DNA of 64,000 nt from Candidatus Uhrbacteria bacterium (GTDB lineage: Bacteria > Patescibacteriota > Patescibacteriia > UBA9934 > GWF2-40-263). A program made the position numbers and the translations under genes. The stretch covers positions 980-64,979 of the forward strand of contig JACRJU010000013.1 in assembly GCA_016219925.1 (NCBI GenBank), given 5' to 3'. A model generated the notes under the pieces. It worked only from the letters and a program-made list of their open reading frames with translations. It had not been told where the DNA came from and ran no database searches. Positions 1 through 10,154 of the stretch are shown here, one piece after another (position 1 is the stretch's first letter; every line of letters starts with the position of its first letter).

Positions 1-696
1 CCCGGCCTCGGCGAGCATATGCTCCGTTTCGCCGATGACGCGACTGACATACGCGCCTTTTTCACGGACCTTGATGTCCATGATGCTCTTCATGCGCTCG
101 TAATCCTTTGGCTTCAGATACGCGAAGGAGTAGTCTTCAAGCTCGCCCTTGATTTCGCTCATGCCGAGTCGGCCGGCGATGGGCGCATAAATTTCAAGCG
201 ATTCGCGCGCGATGCGTTCTTGTTTATGTTTGGGTTGACCGTAGAGTGTTTGCAGGTTATGAAGGCGATCGGCGAATTTCATGAACACCACGCGCACATC
301 ACTTGCCATCGCCAGAAACATTTTGCGCAAGTTTTCGGCATAGCGTTCTGTTCCGCGGTATTTCACCGTGCGCTTGAGCTTGGTGACACTATCGACAAGC
401 GAAGCAATATCATCACCAAACTCCTCTTTGAGGACATCCAATTCGACAGCGCTATCCTCGATCACATCATGCAGGAGTCCAGCCGCGACCACATTAATAT
501 GAAGTCCCATTTCGGCAAGCGTATAGGCGACTGCGATAGGGTGAGAGATGAATGGTTCACCCGTTAGGCGCACCTCGTCTTTATGAGCTTCTTGTGCAAC
601 CGCAAACGCTCGCCGGAGCAAATCCAAATCCGGGTTGGTATAATGTTTTTGTACTAAAGTTTCAAGCTGGTCGAAGGTGTGAGAAACGTCAGGCAT
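1..696 (-). CDS. RelA/SpoT-family (p)ppGpp synthetase/hydrolase, N-terminal HD domain; the rest of the gene lies beyond the window start
   Basis: Minus-strand translation from ATG at 694-696 gives MPDVSHTFDQLETLVQKHYTNPDLDLLRRAFAVAQEAHKDEVRLTGEPFISHPIAVAYTLAEMGLHINVVAAGLLHDVIEDS... This is the HD hydrolase motif pattern of Rel/SpoT. The ORF is not in the supplied track because it runs off the edge. The plus-strand ORF 19-567 is its antisense shadow. Confidence 0.8.
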   Translation of the reverse strand, partial: MPDVSHTFDQLETLVQKHYTNPDLDLLRRAFAVAQEAHKDEVRLTGEPFISHPIAVAYTLAEMGLHINVVAAGLLHDVIEDSAVELDVLKEEFGDDIASLVDSVTKLKRTVKYRGTERYAENLRKMFLAMASDVRVVFMKFADRLHNLQTLYGQPKHKQERIARESLEIYAPIAGRLGMSEIKGELEDYSFAYLKPKDYERMKSIMDIKVREKGAYVSRVIGETEHMLAEAG

Positions 697-802
697 ATCG
701 CATTGGCTCACAATACCGCTGACAACAGGGTCTGTAAAGATTATTAGATGTTGACGAATGGCTGTTTTTTTGGTAGGCTAAGCGCACATTCATAACATCG
801 GT

Positions 803-1507
803 ATGCCAGAATCACAACCTGATATGAGATCTTCAACTGAAATGCGATCCGCGATCCCAGAGGGAGTTTTGGATGATGCGGCCACGGTGTCTGAAGAGGA
901 ACGCTTGAAACAGCAAGCCGCGTTTGAAGAAGCCAAAATGACGGATGCGGTTAAGTCTGAAGAGGAAGCTCTACGATTGTCTGCGAGTCTGCGCGAGGGA
1001 AATAAGGAAAAGCCGAAAGTCACAGAGATTCGGGTCACACACGAGTCTCCATCAAAAACATGGAGGACAACAAAAGATTTGACGCAACTCGGTGTGACAG
1101 GCGTGGTTCCGTTGGGAGGCAAAATTGTAAAGCAAGGCGGGTATGGGTTGAGCGCTTTTTTTGCAGGAATTGAAAAAGCCGGCCAACAGGCGCTTAAAAA
1201 ATTTGGATGGCTCAAGTGGGTTCCATTTTTAGGTAACTGGTTGACCAAAGAACCAGAAAAAACTTGGAAAGAAAAAGAACAAGACGAAGAGGCCGCGAAG
1301 AAGGCTGAAAAAGAGGCAGAAAAGAAAGCGGCTGAAGCAAAGAGAACGGCAGCGACGAAGAAGCGCGCGAAAGATTTGCAACAGGCTGGACTTTCGGAAG
1401 ATGTCGCCAACGCGATTCTTGGAACCGCAGGAGCCGAAGGGGAGAGTGCTGGAGGTTCTGCAGGACCTAAACCAGAGGATAAAGCAAAAGAAGAGAAGGC
1501 CGCTTAG
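803..1507 (+). CDS. hypothetical protein with a Lys/Glu/Ala-rich low-complexity C-terminus
   Basis: 234-aa ORF in an intergenic-sized gap, convergent with topA. No recognisable domain. Preferred over the antisense ORF 790-1410. Confidence 0.45.
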   Translation: MPESQPDMRSSTEMRSAIPEGVLDDAATVSEEERLKQQAAFEEAKMTDAVKSEEEALRLSASLREGNKEKPKVTEIRVTHESPSKTWRTTKDLTQLGVTGVVPLGGKIVKQGGYGLSAFFAGIEKAGQQALKKFGWLKWVPFLGNWLTKEPEKTWKEKEQDEEAAKKAEKEAEKKAAEAKRTAATKKRAKDLQQAGLSEDVANAILGTAGAEGESAGGSAGPKPEDKAKEEKAA

Positions 1508-3783
1508 GCCTTCTTTTTTCTCCCCCACGATTTTGTCTTCCCCGTGCGTTTTTTTTCGAGAAGTTCGGCGGCTTCGTCAAGGGTCAGCGTGGCGGGGTCG
1601 CGTTTTTTTCCGATCGAGGCGTTTGTTTTTCCATCGGTCACATAAGGACCGAAGCGGCCTTGTTTAATAAGGATGGTTCCTTTACTCACAGGGTCTTCAC
1701 CAAGCTCTGCGAGTGGCTGGGCCATCTGTTTTTTCAGTTCAGCCGACGTGCGCAACAATTCAACCGCTTGTTCATACGTAATCGATATGGGATCGAAGGG
1801 TTCTTTAATAGACGCGCTGACTTCGCCTGCTTTCACATAAGGACCGAACCTCCCGACCGCAACAGCGATGGCATCGCCTTGCGGCGTTTTGCCGAGATCG
1901 CGTGGGAAGGCAAGACAAGCGAGAGCTTGTTCGAGCGTCACGGATTCCGCATTCATGCCTTTGAGAAGCGAGGCGCTTTTTGGTTTTGGCTTTTTGTCTT
2001 TTTTATCTTGTTCCGAGTATTCGCCGACTTGTACAAACGCTCCGAACCGACCCGTTCTAACAATGACCGGTAGGGCGGTTTGTGGATCTGTGCCAAGGGT
2101 CCGATCGGGCATGATATCTTCTCGGTTCAGTTCTTTCGTTTTGCTTTCGAGATTTTGATGAAAGGGTTGATAAAACTGTTCGAGCATCGGGGCCCACTCG
2201 ATGGTTCCTTCTTCCACATCGTCCAGATTTTTTTCCATCTTTGCTGTGAAGGCGTAGTCGACGATGTTTTGAAAATGTTTGACCAAAAGATCCGTGACGA
2301 TAAGAGCGATGTCCATCGGGAAGAGTTTTTTGTTTTCATCACGTTCCACATAGCCGCGTTCGATGATCGTGCTGATGGTTGGAGCATAGGTGGACGGCCG
2401 ACCAATGCCAAATTCTTCGAGCGCTTTGACGAGTGTGGCGTCCGAGTAGCGTGCCGGAGGTTCGGTGAAGTGTTGGTTGGGAACGATCTCTTTTGTGGCA
2501 ACGGCATCGCCTTGATTGAGGGGAGGCAAGAGCTTTTCTTTCGTGGCTTGATAGACTTTCATGAATCCATCGAATACGACTGTGCTTCCGTTGGCTCGGA
2601 AAAGATACAGGTGTGCCAGAAGATCGACGGCGGTGCGCTCCAGCACAGCTGGAGGAAGCTGTGAAGCGAGCGCGCGGCGCCAGATGAGTTCATAAAGTTT
2701 GGCATCGCGAGGTTCCAGCGTGCCTTTCATCTGATCGGGCGTCGCACTCACATCGGTTGGGCGAATGGCTTCATGTGCTTCCTGCGCGCCTTTGCGAGAA
2801 GTTTTGTATCGTTTAGCTCCGGTAGCATAACGTTTCCCGAAAGCTGATCCGATAAAGGTTTGCGCCTCGCTTAAAAATTTTTCGGCGAGGTTTAAGGAGT
2901 CGGTACGCATGTAAGTGATGCGGCCGGTTTCGTAGAGCTTCTGGGCGAGCGCCATCGTTTGCTTGGCAGAAAAACCCAGCTTGGTATTCGCATCAATTTG
3001 CAAACTAGACGTGGTGAACGGCGGTGGTGGCGCTTTGGTCATCTCTTTCTTTTCGACGGCTGTCACCGTAGCCTTTTTGCCGACAAGATCATCCACGATT
3101 TGCTGGGCCTGCGCTTGTGTTTTGATATCTAGCTTGTCCAGTTTTTTGTCACCGATGGCGGCGAGTTTTGCGGGGAAACTCACACCGGACTTATCAAAGA
3201 GCGCATCGATCGTCCAGAATTCATCAATTTTAAACGCTTCGCGTTCACGTTCGCGTTCGACAATGAGTCGCATCGCGACTGACTGCACACGCCCGGCCGA
3301 AAGGCCGTAGCGCACCTTCTGCCACAAAAACGGCGAGAGCTCATACCCCACGAGCCGATCCAACACCCGTCGGGCCTGCTGAGCGTTCACCACGTTCATA
3401 TTGATCTCGCGAGGATGCGCGACGGCTTCTTCAATCGCCGAGCGAGTGATTTCATGAAAGGTGATGCGCTTGGCTTCTTTGGGATCAAGCCCGATGACTT
3501 GCGCAACGTGCCAGGCAATTGCTTCTCCTTCGCGATCTTCATCCGTTGCCAGAAGAATGTCCTCGGATTTTTTCGCGGCGGCCTTGAGTTCGGTGACATG
3601 TTTTTTGCTGTCGGTGGGAATGGTGTAAGTTGGCTCAAATCCATGCTCCACATCCACGCCGATTTTGCTCTTCGGCAAATCGCGCACATGCCCAAACGAA
3701 GAAAGGACAGTAAAATCCTTCCCAAGAAATTTGGAAATGGTTTTGGCTTTTGTAGGAGACTCGACAATGAGAAGTTTGGGCAT
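1504..3783 (-). CDS. topA: DNA topoisomerase I
   Basis: N-terminal TOPRIM (MPKLLIVESPTKAKTISKFLGKDFTVLSSFGHVRDLP). Type IA core with active-site Tyr region (ITYMRTDS). C-terminal repeated GRFGPYV zinc-ribbon-like repeats. 759 aa. Confidence 0.95.
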   Translation of the reverse strand: MPKLLIVESPTKAKTISKFLGKDFTVLSSFGHVRDLPKSKIGVDVEHGFEPTYTIPTDSKKHVTELKAAAKKSEDILLATDEDREGEAIAWHVAQVIGLDPKEAKRITFHEITRSAIEEAVAHPREINMNVVNAQQARRVLDRLVGYELSPFLWQKVRYGLSAGRVQSVAMRLIVEREREREAFKIDEFWTIDALFDKSGVSFPAKLAAIGDKKLDKLDIKTQAQAQQIVDDLVGKKATVTAVEKKEMTKAPPPPFTTSSLQIDANTKLGFSAKQTMALAQKLYETGRITYMRTDSLNLAEKFLSEAQTFIGSAFGKRYATGAKRYKTSRKGAQEAHEAIRPTDVSATPDQMKGTLEPRDAKLYELIWRRALASQLPPAVLERTAVDLLAHLYLFRANGSTVVFDGFMKVYQATKEKLLPPLNQGDAVATKEIVPNQHFTEPPARYSDATLVKALEEFGIGRPSTYAPTISTIIERGYVERDENKKLFPMDIALIVTDLLVKHFQNIVDYAFTAKMEKNLDDVEEGTIEWAPMLEQFYQPFHQNLESKTKELNREDIMPDRTLGTDPQTALPVIVRTGRFGAFVQVGEYSEQDKKDKKPKPKSASLLKGMNAESVTLEQALACLAFPRDLGKTPQGDAIAVAVGRFGPYVKAGEVSASIKEPFDPISITYEQAVELLRTSAELKKQMAQPLAELGEDPVSKGTILIKQGRFGPYVTDGKTNASIGKKRDPATLTLDEAAELLEKKRTGKTKSWGRKKKA

Positions 3784-3803
3784 ATGTTTCTAGCTTCTTA
3801 CTT

Positions 3804-4895
3804 CTATCTTCTAGCGACTTTCCGATAATACTGCCCGCCATCATGCCTGATCATTTCACGCATTTCAAGCATGGTGATTGCGCTGCTGACGTGTGCACTG
3901 GGAAGTTGCGTTTGTCGGATGACTTCATCGATATGATGGGGGACGGTCTCAAGGGCCTGTAAAACGAGACGTTCGTCTTCGTTGCTGGGGATATAACTTG
4001 AGGCCTGTTCAGGCCCGTCTGCTTCCTGTAGGCCGAAGATGTCCGAGGGTTTCGTTACAGGGATCGCTCCCATCTTGATCAGATTATTTGGACCTTCACT
4101 CAAGGGCGAGGTGATTGGTCCGGGCACGGCGTAAACGTCGCGACCGCCTTCCAAAGCGGCGCGCGCGGTGATGAGCGAACCGGATTTGAGCGCGGCTTCA
4201 ATCACAAGGGTGCCATGGCACATGCCCGCGATAATTCGGTTGCGGATAGGGAAGTGATGTTTGAGAGGGCTGGTGCCAAAGGGAAATTCCGAAATCAAGG
4301 CCCCGCCTCTTGCGAGAATGTGCGAGGACAGTGCGCGGTGTTGAGAGGGATAAATACTTTGAGCATCAACGCCGTTTCCAAGGACAGCGACGGTGGTGCC
4401 GCCGGCGTCCAAACAGGTTTGATGCGCGCAGGCGTCGATGCCGTAAGCTAAACCGCTGACGATCACGACCCCTAAACGAGACAAGGGCTCAATGAGCGTT
4501 CGGGCAACGTCTTTTCCATAGCCGCTGGCTTGCCGCGATCCGACCACGGCTAAATGTTTGCGGGTGGGATCGGGGAGTTCACCGCGCACAAACAGGACCG
4601 CCGGCGGATCATAGAGGGTTTTGAGGATCGGCGGGTAGTCTTCGTCTTTCAGAGTGATGGCGCGCGCTCCTTCCGTGTTCAGTCGTTCTAACTCGACTTG
4701 AGGATCAAGATGAATGCGCTCTTGCAGGAATCGGTGAGCCGGTTCCGGTTCAATGCCAGCTTCGAGCAGATCCGTCACCGAAGCTTCGAAGACCGATTTC
4801 ATCGAAGAGAATCGTCGCGACAGTTTAAGCATTCGAACCGGTCCAAAACCGCTAAACCGCGCAAGCGCAAGCCAATATCCGAGATCCTCGCGCAT
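3804..4895 (-). CDS. dprA: DNA processing protein DprA (Smf)
   Basis: Rossmann-like DprA core: AVVGSRQASGYGKDVARTLIEPLSRLGVVIVSGLAYGIDACAH...VAVLGNGVD. Confidence 0.88.
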   Translation of the reverse strand: MREDLGYWLALARFSGFGPVRMLKLSRRFSSMKSVFEASVTDLLEAGIEPEPAHRFLQERIHLDPQVELERLNTEGARAITLKDEDYPPILKTLYDPPAVLFVRGELPDPTRKHLAVVGSRQASGYGKDVARTLIEPLSRLGVVIVSGLAYGIDACAHQTCLDAGGTTVAVLGNGVDAQSIYPSQHRALSSHILARGGALISEFPFGTSPLKHHFPIRNRIIAGMCHGTLVIEAALKSGSLITARAALEGGRDVYAVPGPITSPLSEGPNNLIKMGAIPVTKPSDIFGLQEADGPEQASSYIPSNEDERLVLQALETVPHHIDEVIRQTQLPSAHVSSAITMLEMREMIRHDGGQYYRKVARR

Positions 4896-4897
4896 AG

Positions 4898-5437
4898 CTA
4901 GGACGGCGCGATCAATTGTTCAACGTGCTCTGCCGCTTGATTGACGACGGTCTGAAGCATCCGTTGTTCCGAAGCGTTCCATTTTTGTAGCACAAATTCA
5001 TCTAAAGGCATGTCCGGATGTTCCGGGCGGCCGATGCCTACGCGCACCCGAGCAATCGAGGTGCCGGACGGGAGGGCTTCAATAATAGATTGCATGCCGC
5101 GATGTCCTGCCGAAGAGCCCGCAGGTTTGTGTCGGATGTCACCAAACGGAAGATCAGCATCATCGTACACGATGATCAGGTCATGAGCATTCACGGGATA
5201 CTTGCTCAAGATTTTTTGCACGGTTCGTCCGCTGGCATTCATGAATGTTTCCGGTTTGCCCAACAGCACGCGCCCCTCACCAATTTCTCCTTCGCCGATT
5301 TCCGCTTCCAACGATCGTTTGGCCTTGAGCTCGATGTGATGACGTTTTGCAAGCGCATCCATGACTAAAAATCCCACATTGTGTCGGGTGTGCTCGTAGG
5401 AGGGTCCAGGATTTCCAAGGCCGATGATGACGAACAT
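4898..5437 (-). CDS. pth: peptidyl-tRNA hydrolase
   Basis: MFVIIGLGNPGPSYEHTRHNVGF...HRG motif. The internal ATG at 5435-5437 is chosen. The 279-aa track ORF has a spurious N-terminal extension that overlaps der. The der stop at 5439 abuts this start. Confidence 0.88.
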   Translation of the reverse strand: MFVIIGLGNPGPSYEHTRHNVGFLVMDALAKRHHIELKAKRSLEAEIGEGEIGEGRVLLGKPETFMNASGRTVQKILSKYPVNAHDLIIVYDDADLPFGDIRHKPAGSSAGHRGMQSIIEALPSGTSIARVRVGIGRPEHPDMPLDEFVLQKWNASEQRMLQTVVNQAAEHVEQLIAPS

Positions 5438-5438
5438 A

Positions 5439-6806
5439 CTAAGCAGAGACGGAGCGCGCGATGCGAATGTTAAGGCGAATGGGGTTGCCGTCGAGTTTAA
5501 ACGTTTCGAACAGGCGGTTGTTGAGATACCGAATATAGCTGACGTTGAGCGCATCGGTGCGTTTGGCTTTGATGATGAGATCGAATTCGAGGGGGGCGAT
5601 GCTTGTTTGTTTGATGCCAAGGATTTTTGGAATTTGAGGGCCGAAGCCTTTTTTGGGAGTGTGATGAATGGTGGCCTCGCGGATGAAGGCGGCGAGGGCT
5701 TTTTCATCCAGCCATTGATGACGATTATGATCCACACGATTAATCATCTCATAGATATTTCGGACACGCTGTTTGGTCAGAGCCGAGACAAAAATGACTG
5801 GTGCCATCTGCAAGAAGGGGATGGACGCCGCGATGTATTCGCGATAACGGTTCATGGTCGTGGTCGTTTTATCTTCTATGAGATCCCATTTGTTGGCCAC
5901 AACAATAACCCCAGACTTGGAGTCTTTGAGAAATCCTGCAAGCGTTTTTTCTTGAACGCCGATCGGCTCGGAAGCATCAATCACCAACAGAGTGACGTCC
6001 GCGTTTCTAACGACCACCTCATTGCGTTTCACGGCCTCCGCTTCCAGTCCACCCGCTTTTTTGACTTTGGTATTTTTACGCATCCCCGCGGTGTCGATGA
6101 AAATATAATTGCGGTCATTCACACGAACGAGAATGTCGTTGGGTTCGCGTGTGGTGTGCGCGATGGGACTCGTGATGAAGCGTTCTTCGCCAATGAGCGC
6201 GTTGAGAAGCGTTGATTTGCCGACGTTGGGTTTCCCGATCACCGCCACGCGCGTTGCTTGGATTTTTTCTGAAGTGACCGGTGGGGTGCCGGCCTTTTCG
6301 AGTGCCTCGAAAATAAGTTCAAGCAAATCTCCAATGCCAGAACCTCGCGTTGCAGAAACCGCGATAGGAGCGGGGAGGCCCGAGAGCGGCCAGGATTCGC
6401 CCATGACCGCGTGGCGCTCGGCGGGCTTCTCGGCCTTATTAGCAACCACAATCACCGGACACCCAGATTTTTTTAGCGACATCGAGAGGTTTCTTTCTTG
6501 GGGGAGCGGTCCGGTTTTGGCATCCACCACAAAGAGAATCAACTGGGCCTGTTTGATTGCGAGTTTTGCTTGTTTGACGGTATTGCGTTCGATTTCGTCT
6601 TGTTCGGTGACATCCAACCCGCCGGTATCAACCAGGCGGAAAATTCTTCCTCGCCACAGACATTCGCCCTCGTTACGGTCGCGCGTTGTTCCCGCGATAT
6701 CCGAAACCAGCGCTTTGGGTTTTTCAAGCAAACGGTTGAACAACGTGGATTTTCCGACGTTTGTGCGTCCGATGATCGCAACCGTCGGGATTTTTTGGTC
6801 AGACAT
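5439..6806 (-). CDS. der: ribosome-biogenesis GTPase Der (EngA), tandem GTPase domains
   Basis: Two G-domains (GRTNVGKSTLFN and GKPNVGKSTLLN) plus a KH-like C-terminus. Start is set at ATG 6804-6806 (MSDQKIPTVAIIGR), matching the Der N-terminus. The track ORF extends to 6884. Confidence 0.88.
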   Translation of the reverse strand: MSDQKIPTVAIIGRTNVGKSTLFNRLLEKPKALVSDIAGTTRDRNEGECLWRGRIFRLVDTGGLDVTEQDEIERNTVKQAKLAIKQAQLILFVVDAKTGPLPQERNLSMSLKKSGCPVIVVANKAEKPAERHAVMGESWPLSGLPAPIAVSATRGSGIGDLLELIFEALEKAGTPPVTSEKIQATRVAVIGKPNVGKSTLLNALIGEERFITSPIAHTTREPNDILVRVNDRNYIFIDTAGMRKNTKVKKAGGLEAEAVKRNEVVVRNADVTLLVIDASEPIGVQEKTLAGFLKDSKSGVIVVANKWDLIEDKTTTTMNRYREYIAASIPFLQMAPVIFVSALTKQRVRNIYEMINRVDHNRHQWLDEKALAAFIREATIHHTPKKGFGPQIPKILGIKQTSIAPLEFDLIIKAKRTDALNVSYIRYLNNRLFETFKLDGNPIRLNIRIARSVSA

Positions 6807-6883
6807 GGCGCTATTGTAGCGGGTAATGCGCACAAAGAAAAACATGACCACCCGGGTCATGTCAATCACGGGAAGGTTTTTCA

Positions 6884-8470
6884 TCAGTTTCGCACCAGCG
6901 GCGAAGCGTTCTCTCCCAAGATAATCAAGAAGTCGATATTGGGTTCTGTGGCCAGTTTTTCGTAATCTTCTCCTGTGACAGAAATACCATGCGGAACAAT
7001 ATCGCTACTGACCATCCAACCCGTTGCGGAAAGCGTGACATCGGCTTTGAGGAAGTCACGCAGGGCTTTGAGTTCGGATGATCGTGCACCATTGGTGAGA
7101 TCGTAGATCACGGTGTGGGAATAATCGCGCGAAACCGCATTCCCGACTTTGACGACATCAAAGCCTTGACCATCCAAAAGTTGGGAGGTTTTGAGCGCGA
7201 GACCGCCCAGGTTTGTTCCATTTTGAATTTCAATTTTAACAAACTTCGGACGTTCCTCACTGGCATGAGCCAAACGATTTTGTCCGGACTTTTGATTGAA
7301 CACATTTGCCGCAATATCTTGCAAGGGTTTCCAGTCATCATTTTTTGGCAAGAGGACAAAGGCGCCGTTGAGCGTCGTTGAATAGAGTGGAGAATCTTCC
7401 GACGCATCGATGACGCGGTTGGTGATGCGGTCTTCACCCAGAGTCTTGGCGGCACGCGCGAGACGGAGCATCTCGGGCACATCCATGTTTGTGGCGATAT
7501 TTTTTTGGAGCGTTTCCAAAATACGGTTCAGCCGCGCCGGATTCAGGAATGTCGAAACGGAAAACACCTTATCCTTGACCGCTAACAAAACTTTTTGCTG
7601 ACGCGCACTGCGCGCGAAGTCGGATCCCTCGCCGTTGGTTCCATGACGGGAGCGGACGAATTTGAGCGCCGTTGAACCGTCCATATGCATCCAACCTTCT
7701 TGGAATGTGAGTGTTTCAAATCGGCAGGAATAATTCGGGCCACGCGCCGGAGCGATCGGTGGCGCCTCTTCGATCGTAGGGGATTGTTCAGGGGTCGATT
7801 CTGTCGTCTGTTCTGTTAGACTCACGTTTCCGCAAGTGTCGTATTCCCGGCCGAGGGTTGGGTAGGTCGGATCCGTAAATGCGCGATCAATATACACATC
7901 CGCTCCCCCAATATCATTAATCAGCTGTTCAAAGCCGCTGAAGTCCACTCGGATATAATAAGGAATAGATTGATCCAATATCTGACCAATCACCTTGGAC
8001 GCAAGGGGACCTCCCGTTCCGGCTTTATCCATCTCGCCATACGCGTTTGCGTGGTTGACTTTGCTGTAGCCGTATCCTGGAATAGGGACACTCATGTCGC
8101 GTGGCAAAGACATCATGGCAATGTTTCCGCTGGACGGCTGATAGCTCGCCAAAATGATCGTGTCTGTAAGTTGAGGGCCTTCATGACCTTCTCCGCCGAT
8201 GCCCATAAGCAGAATATTCACGCGATCGCTCGTTTCTCCTTTGAGGGCACTGCCTTCGACAAAATGTCGTAGCGTAGAAAAAAGAGAAAGGTTGGGCATG
8301 ACACCGCGGCTGTTGGCGGAACTGCTTACACGATACGAGAATGCGGCGCCAGCCGTGGCCAGAACAATCAAAACAATCGCAAGGGAGCGACCAAAAAAAA
8401 GCAGGGAGCTTTTTTTGGGGTGGTGCAGTTCGTATTTCTGTTTCAAAAAATCAATCTTCAACTTCTCCAT
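6884..8470 (-). CDS. LytR-CpsA-Psr (LCP) family cell-envelope polymer transferase
   Basis: N-terminal TM. LCP core (NILLMGIGGEGHEGPQLTDTIILASYQP...MMSLPRDMSVPIPGYGYSKVNHANAYG). C-terminal LytR_C-like extension. Confidence 0.85.
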   Translation of the reverse strand: MEKLKIDFLKQKYELHHPKKSSLLFFGRSLAIVLIVLATAGAAFSYRVSSSANSRGVMPNLSLFSTLRHFVEGSALKGETSDRVNILLMGIGGEGHEGPQLTDTIILASYQPSSGNIAMMSLPRDMSVPIPGYGYSKVNHANAYGEMDKAGTGGPLASKVIGQILDQSIPYYIRVDFSGFEQLINDIGGADVYIDRAFTDPTYPTLGREYDTCGNVSLTEQTTESTPEQSPTIEEAPPIAPARGPNYSCRFETLTFQEGWMHMDGSTALKFVRSRHGTNGEGSDFARSARQQKVLLAVKDKVFSVSTFLNPARLNRILETLQKNIATNMDVPEMLRLARAAKTLGEDRITNRVIDASEDSPLYSTTLNGAFVLLPKNDDWKPLQDIAANVFNQKSGQNRLAHASEERPKFVKIEIQNGTNLGGLALKTSQLLDGQGFDVVKVGNAVSRDYSHTVIYDLTNGARSSELKALRDFLKADVTLSATGWMVSSDIVPHGISVTGEDYEKLATEPNIDFLIILGENASPLVRN

Positions 8471-8673
8471 AACAATGGCATTTTAGCGCGTGGTCGCGGA
8501 TGAGACAAGCGCTTGATATTCTCTTAAGAATATGATAGGTTCCTGTGAGTCTGGAGGGAATCTATTAGATCATTCGGACGTTTAGTGCCTTCACCCGATC
8601 ATTCGATCGGGCTCGGGGCTAAACGCCTCGTTCGGAAATGTCTAAGCCTTCGGCTTGTCCATTTCGCTCTCTC

Positions 8674-8750
8674 GGACGTTTAGCTCAGCTGGTTAGAGCG
8701 CTACATTCACACTGTAGAGGTCGGAGGTTCGAGTCCTCCAACGTCCACCA
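8674..8750 (+). tRNA. tRNA-Val (anticodon CAC), with encoded CCA
   Basis: Manual cloverleaf. Acceptor GGACGTT/AACGTCC. D-stem GCTC/GAGC. Anticodon stem CTACA/TGTAG with loop TTCACAC. T-arm GGAGG-TTCGAGT-CCTCC. 77 nt. Confidence 0.85.
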
Positions 8751-8762
8751 TAAAAAAAGAGA

Positions 8763-8785
8763 ACAGGCCAAAGGCCTGTTTTTTG
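8763..8785 (+). terminator. rho-independent terminator after tRNA-Val
   Basis: ACAGGCC-AAA-GGCCTGT hairpin followed by TTTTTT. Confidence 0.6.
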
Positions 8786-8813
8786 CAACGAGTTGTCCTC
8801 CTTTTCGATATAG

Positions 8814-10061
8814 TTGCAAACAGACACCTTTTATTTTATGCCCGAACAAACTCCTTCCTTACCGCCTGTTGTTTTGCATGCGCTTTCAGGCGCAGTGGGC
8901 GCCCTTGTTATTCTGGTCGTGCTTTGGAGCTTGGCCTCCCAGGGCATTTTGCTAATTCCAACAGCATCGCAAAATCCAACCACGTCTAACCCCTCTGCCC
9001 AAGCGCCAAATGTCACCGCGATGGATGTCAGCGATGTCGTTTCCAAAATCAATCCCGCGGTTGTTTCGATTGTCATCACCAAAGACGTCCCCGTGCTCGA
9101 ACAATATTATGAGGATCCGTTCTCTCAATTTTTTGGCGGAAACTCTTCGTTCCATTTCCGTATTCCCAAGTATCGGCAGAATGGGACTCAACAAAAAGAC
9201 GTCGGAGGCGGGTCTGGGTTTTTTATCTCACGAGACGGCTATGTGGTCACCAACGCGCATGTCGTAAGTGACAAAGAAGCCCAGTACACCGTGTTTTCCA
9301 ACGAGGAAAAAAAGTTTGATGCCAAAGTGGTGGCGGTTGATGACGTTCTAGATATCGCTCTTTTGAAAGTGGAAGGAACAGATTTGCCATTCCTTACTTT
9401 CGGTGACTCGGATCAGGTGCGCTTGGGCCAAGCGGTCATTGCGATCGGCAACGCTCTTGGAGAATTTCGCAACACGGTTTCAACAGGAGTCATCTCCGGG
9501 CTTTCGCGATCCATTGTCGCCTCTTCCGGTCTGCAATCGCAAGAAAATTTGGACAATGTGTTTCAGACGGACGCGGCAATCAACCCGGGCAATTCCGGCG
9601 GCCCGCTTGTGAATTTGGCTGGCGAAGTCATCGGAGTCAATGTGGCGATGGCCTCAAATTCGGAAAACATCGGATTTTCTCTTCCGGCCAATGCGGTCAG
9701 ACAATCCGTGGAGTCGATGAAAACAAACGGCCGAGCGATTCGTCCGTATCTTGGAGTGCGTTATGTCCCAGTGACCGACGCGTTGAAAACACAAAATCAT
9801 TTGAGTGTTGATCATGGAGCGTTAGTTTTGAGGGGTCAGAAAAAAGGAGACCTTGCGGTGATTCCTGGTTCTCCCGCGGATAAAGCCAGTGTAGAAGAGA
9901 ATGACATCATTTTACAGATCGATGGAAAGGATATTGATGAAAAATATTCGCTCACCTCGCTCATTCGGGAGAAAAAGGTCGGCGATGAGGTGTCCCTTAA
10001 AATCCTCCATGACGGTGCGGAAAAGACAATTCGCGTGAAACTGGAAGAATCACCGCAGTAG
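8814..10061 (+). CDS. HtrA/DegP-family trypsin-like serine protease with C-terminal PDZ domain
   Basis: N-terminal TM. GGGSGFFISRDGYVVTNAHVV (His), DIALLKV (Asp) and GNSGGPLVN (Ser) motifs. PDZ (GALVLRGQKKGDLAVIPGSPADKASV). Confidence 0.9.
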   Translation: MQTDTFYFMPEQTPSLPPVVLHALSGAVGALVILVVLWSLASQGILLIPTASQNPTTSNPSAQAPNVTAMDVSDVVSKINPAVVSIVITKDVPVLEQYYEDPFSQFFGGNSSFHFRIPKYRQNGTQQKDVGGGSGFFISRDGYVVTNAHVVSDKEAQYTVFSNEEKKFDAKVVAVDDVLDIALLKVEGTDLPFLTFGDSDQVRLGQAVIAIGNALGEFRNTVSTGVISGLSRSIVASSGLQSQENLDNVFQTDAAINPGNSGGPLVNLAGEVIGVNVAMASNSENIGFSLPANAVRQSVESMKTNGRAIRPYLGVRYVPVTDALKTQNHLSVDHGALVLRGQKKGDLAVIPGSPADKASVEENDIILQIDGKDIDEKYSLTSLIREKKVGDEVSLKILHDGAEKTIRVKLEESPQ

Positions 10062-10092
10062 ACGGAATGGGGGAAAGATATCCGGTCAGGGG

Positions 10093-10121
10093 TTGACAAA
10101 ATGGGTTTTTTGCTCTAAACT
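10093..10121 (+). promoter_or_regulatory. sigma70-like promoter candidate (TTGACA, 17-nt spacer, TAAACT)
   Basis: TTGACA at 10093-10098 and TAAACT at 10116-10121, about 35 nt upstream of the small ORF at 10155. Confidence 0.35.
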
Positions 10122-10154
10122 CATCCTCTGCCTGCCAATCGACATGGTGGGTGA

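Noticed and set aside
19-567. Plus-strand 182-aa ORF at the window start
   Set aside because: Its translation has no protein-like features. The opposite strand encodes a clear RelA/SpoT HD domain (1-696, minus), so this is an antisense shadow ORF.
5439-6884. Longer der ORF starting at 6884 (MKNLPVIDMTRVVMFFFV…), overlapping the LCP stop by 1 nt
   Set aside because: The N-terminal 26 residues are not Der-like. The ATG at 6804-6806 gives the canonical Der N-terminus directly before the first G1 motif. It is kept only as an alternative start.
8571-8684. Short direct repeat TCGGACGTTTAG 100 nt upstream of tRNA-Val (8571-8582 and 8672-8683): possible partial tRNA duplication or att-like remnant
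   Set aside because: It is only about 12 nt. The upstream copy cannot be folded into a tRNA. It is too short to distinguish from chance.
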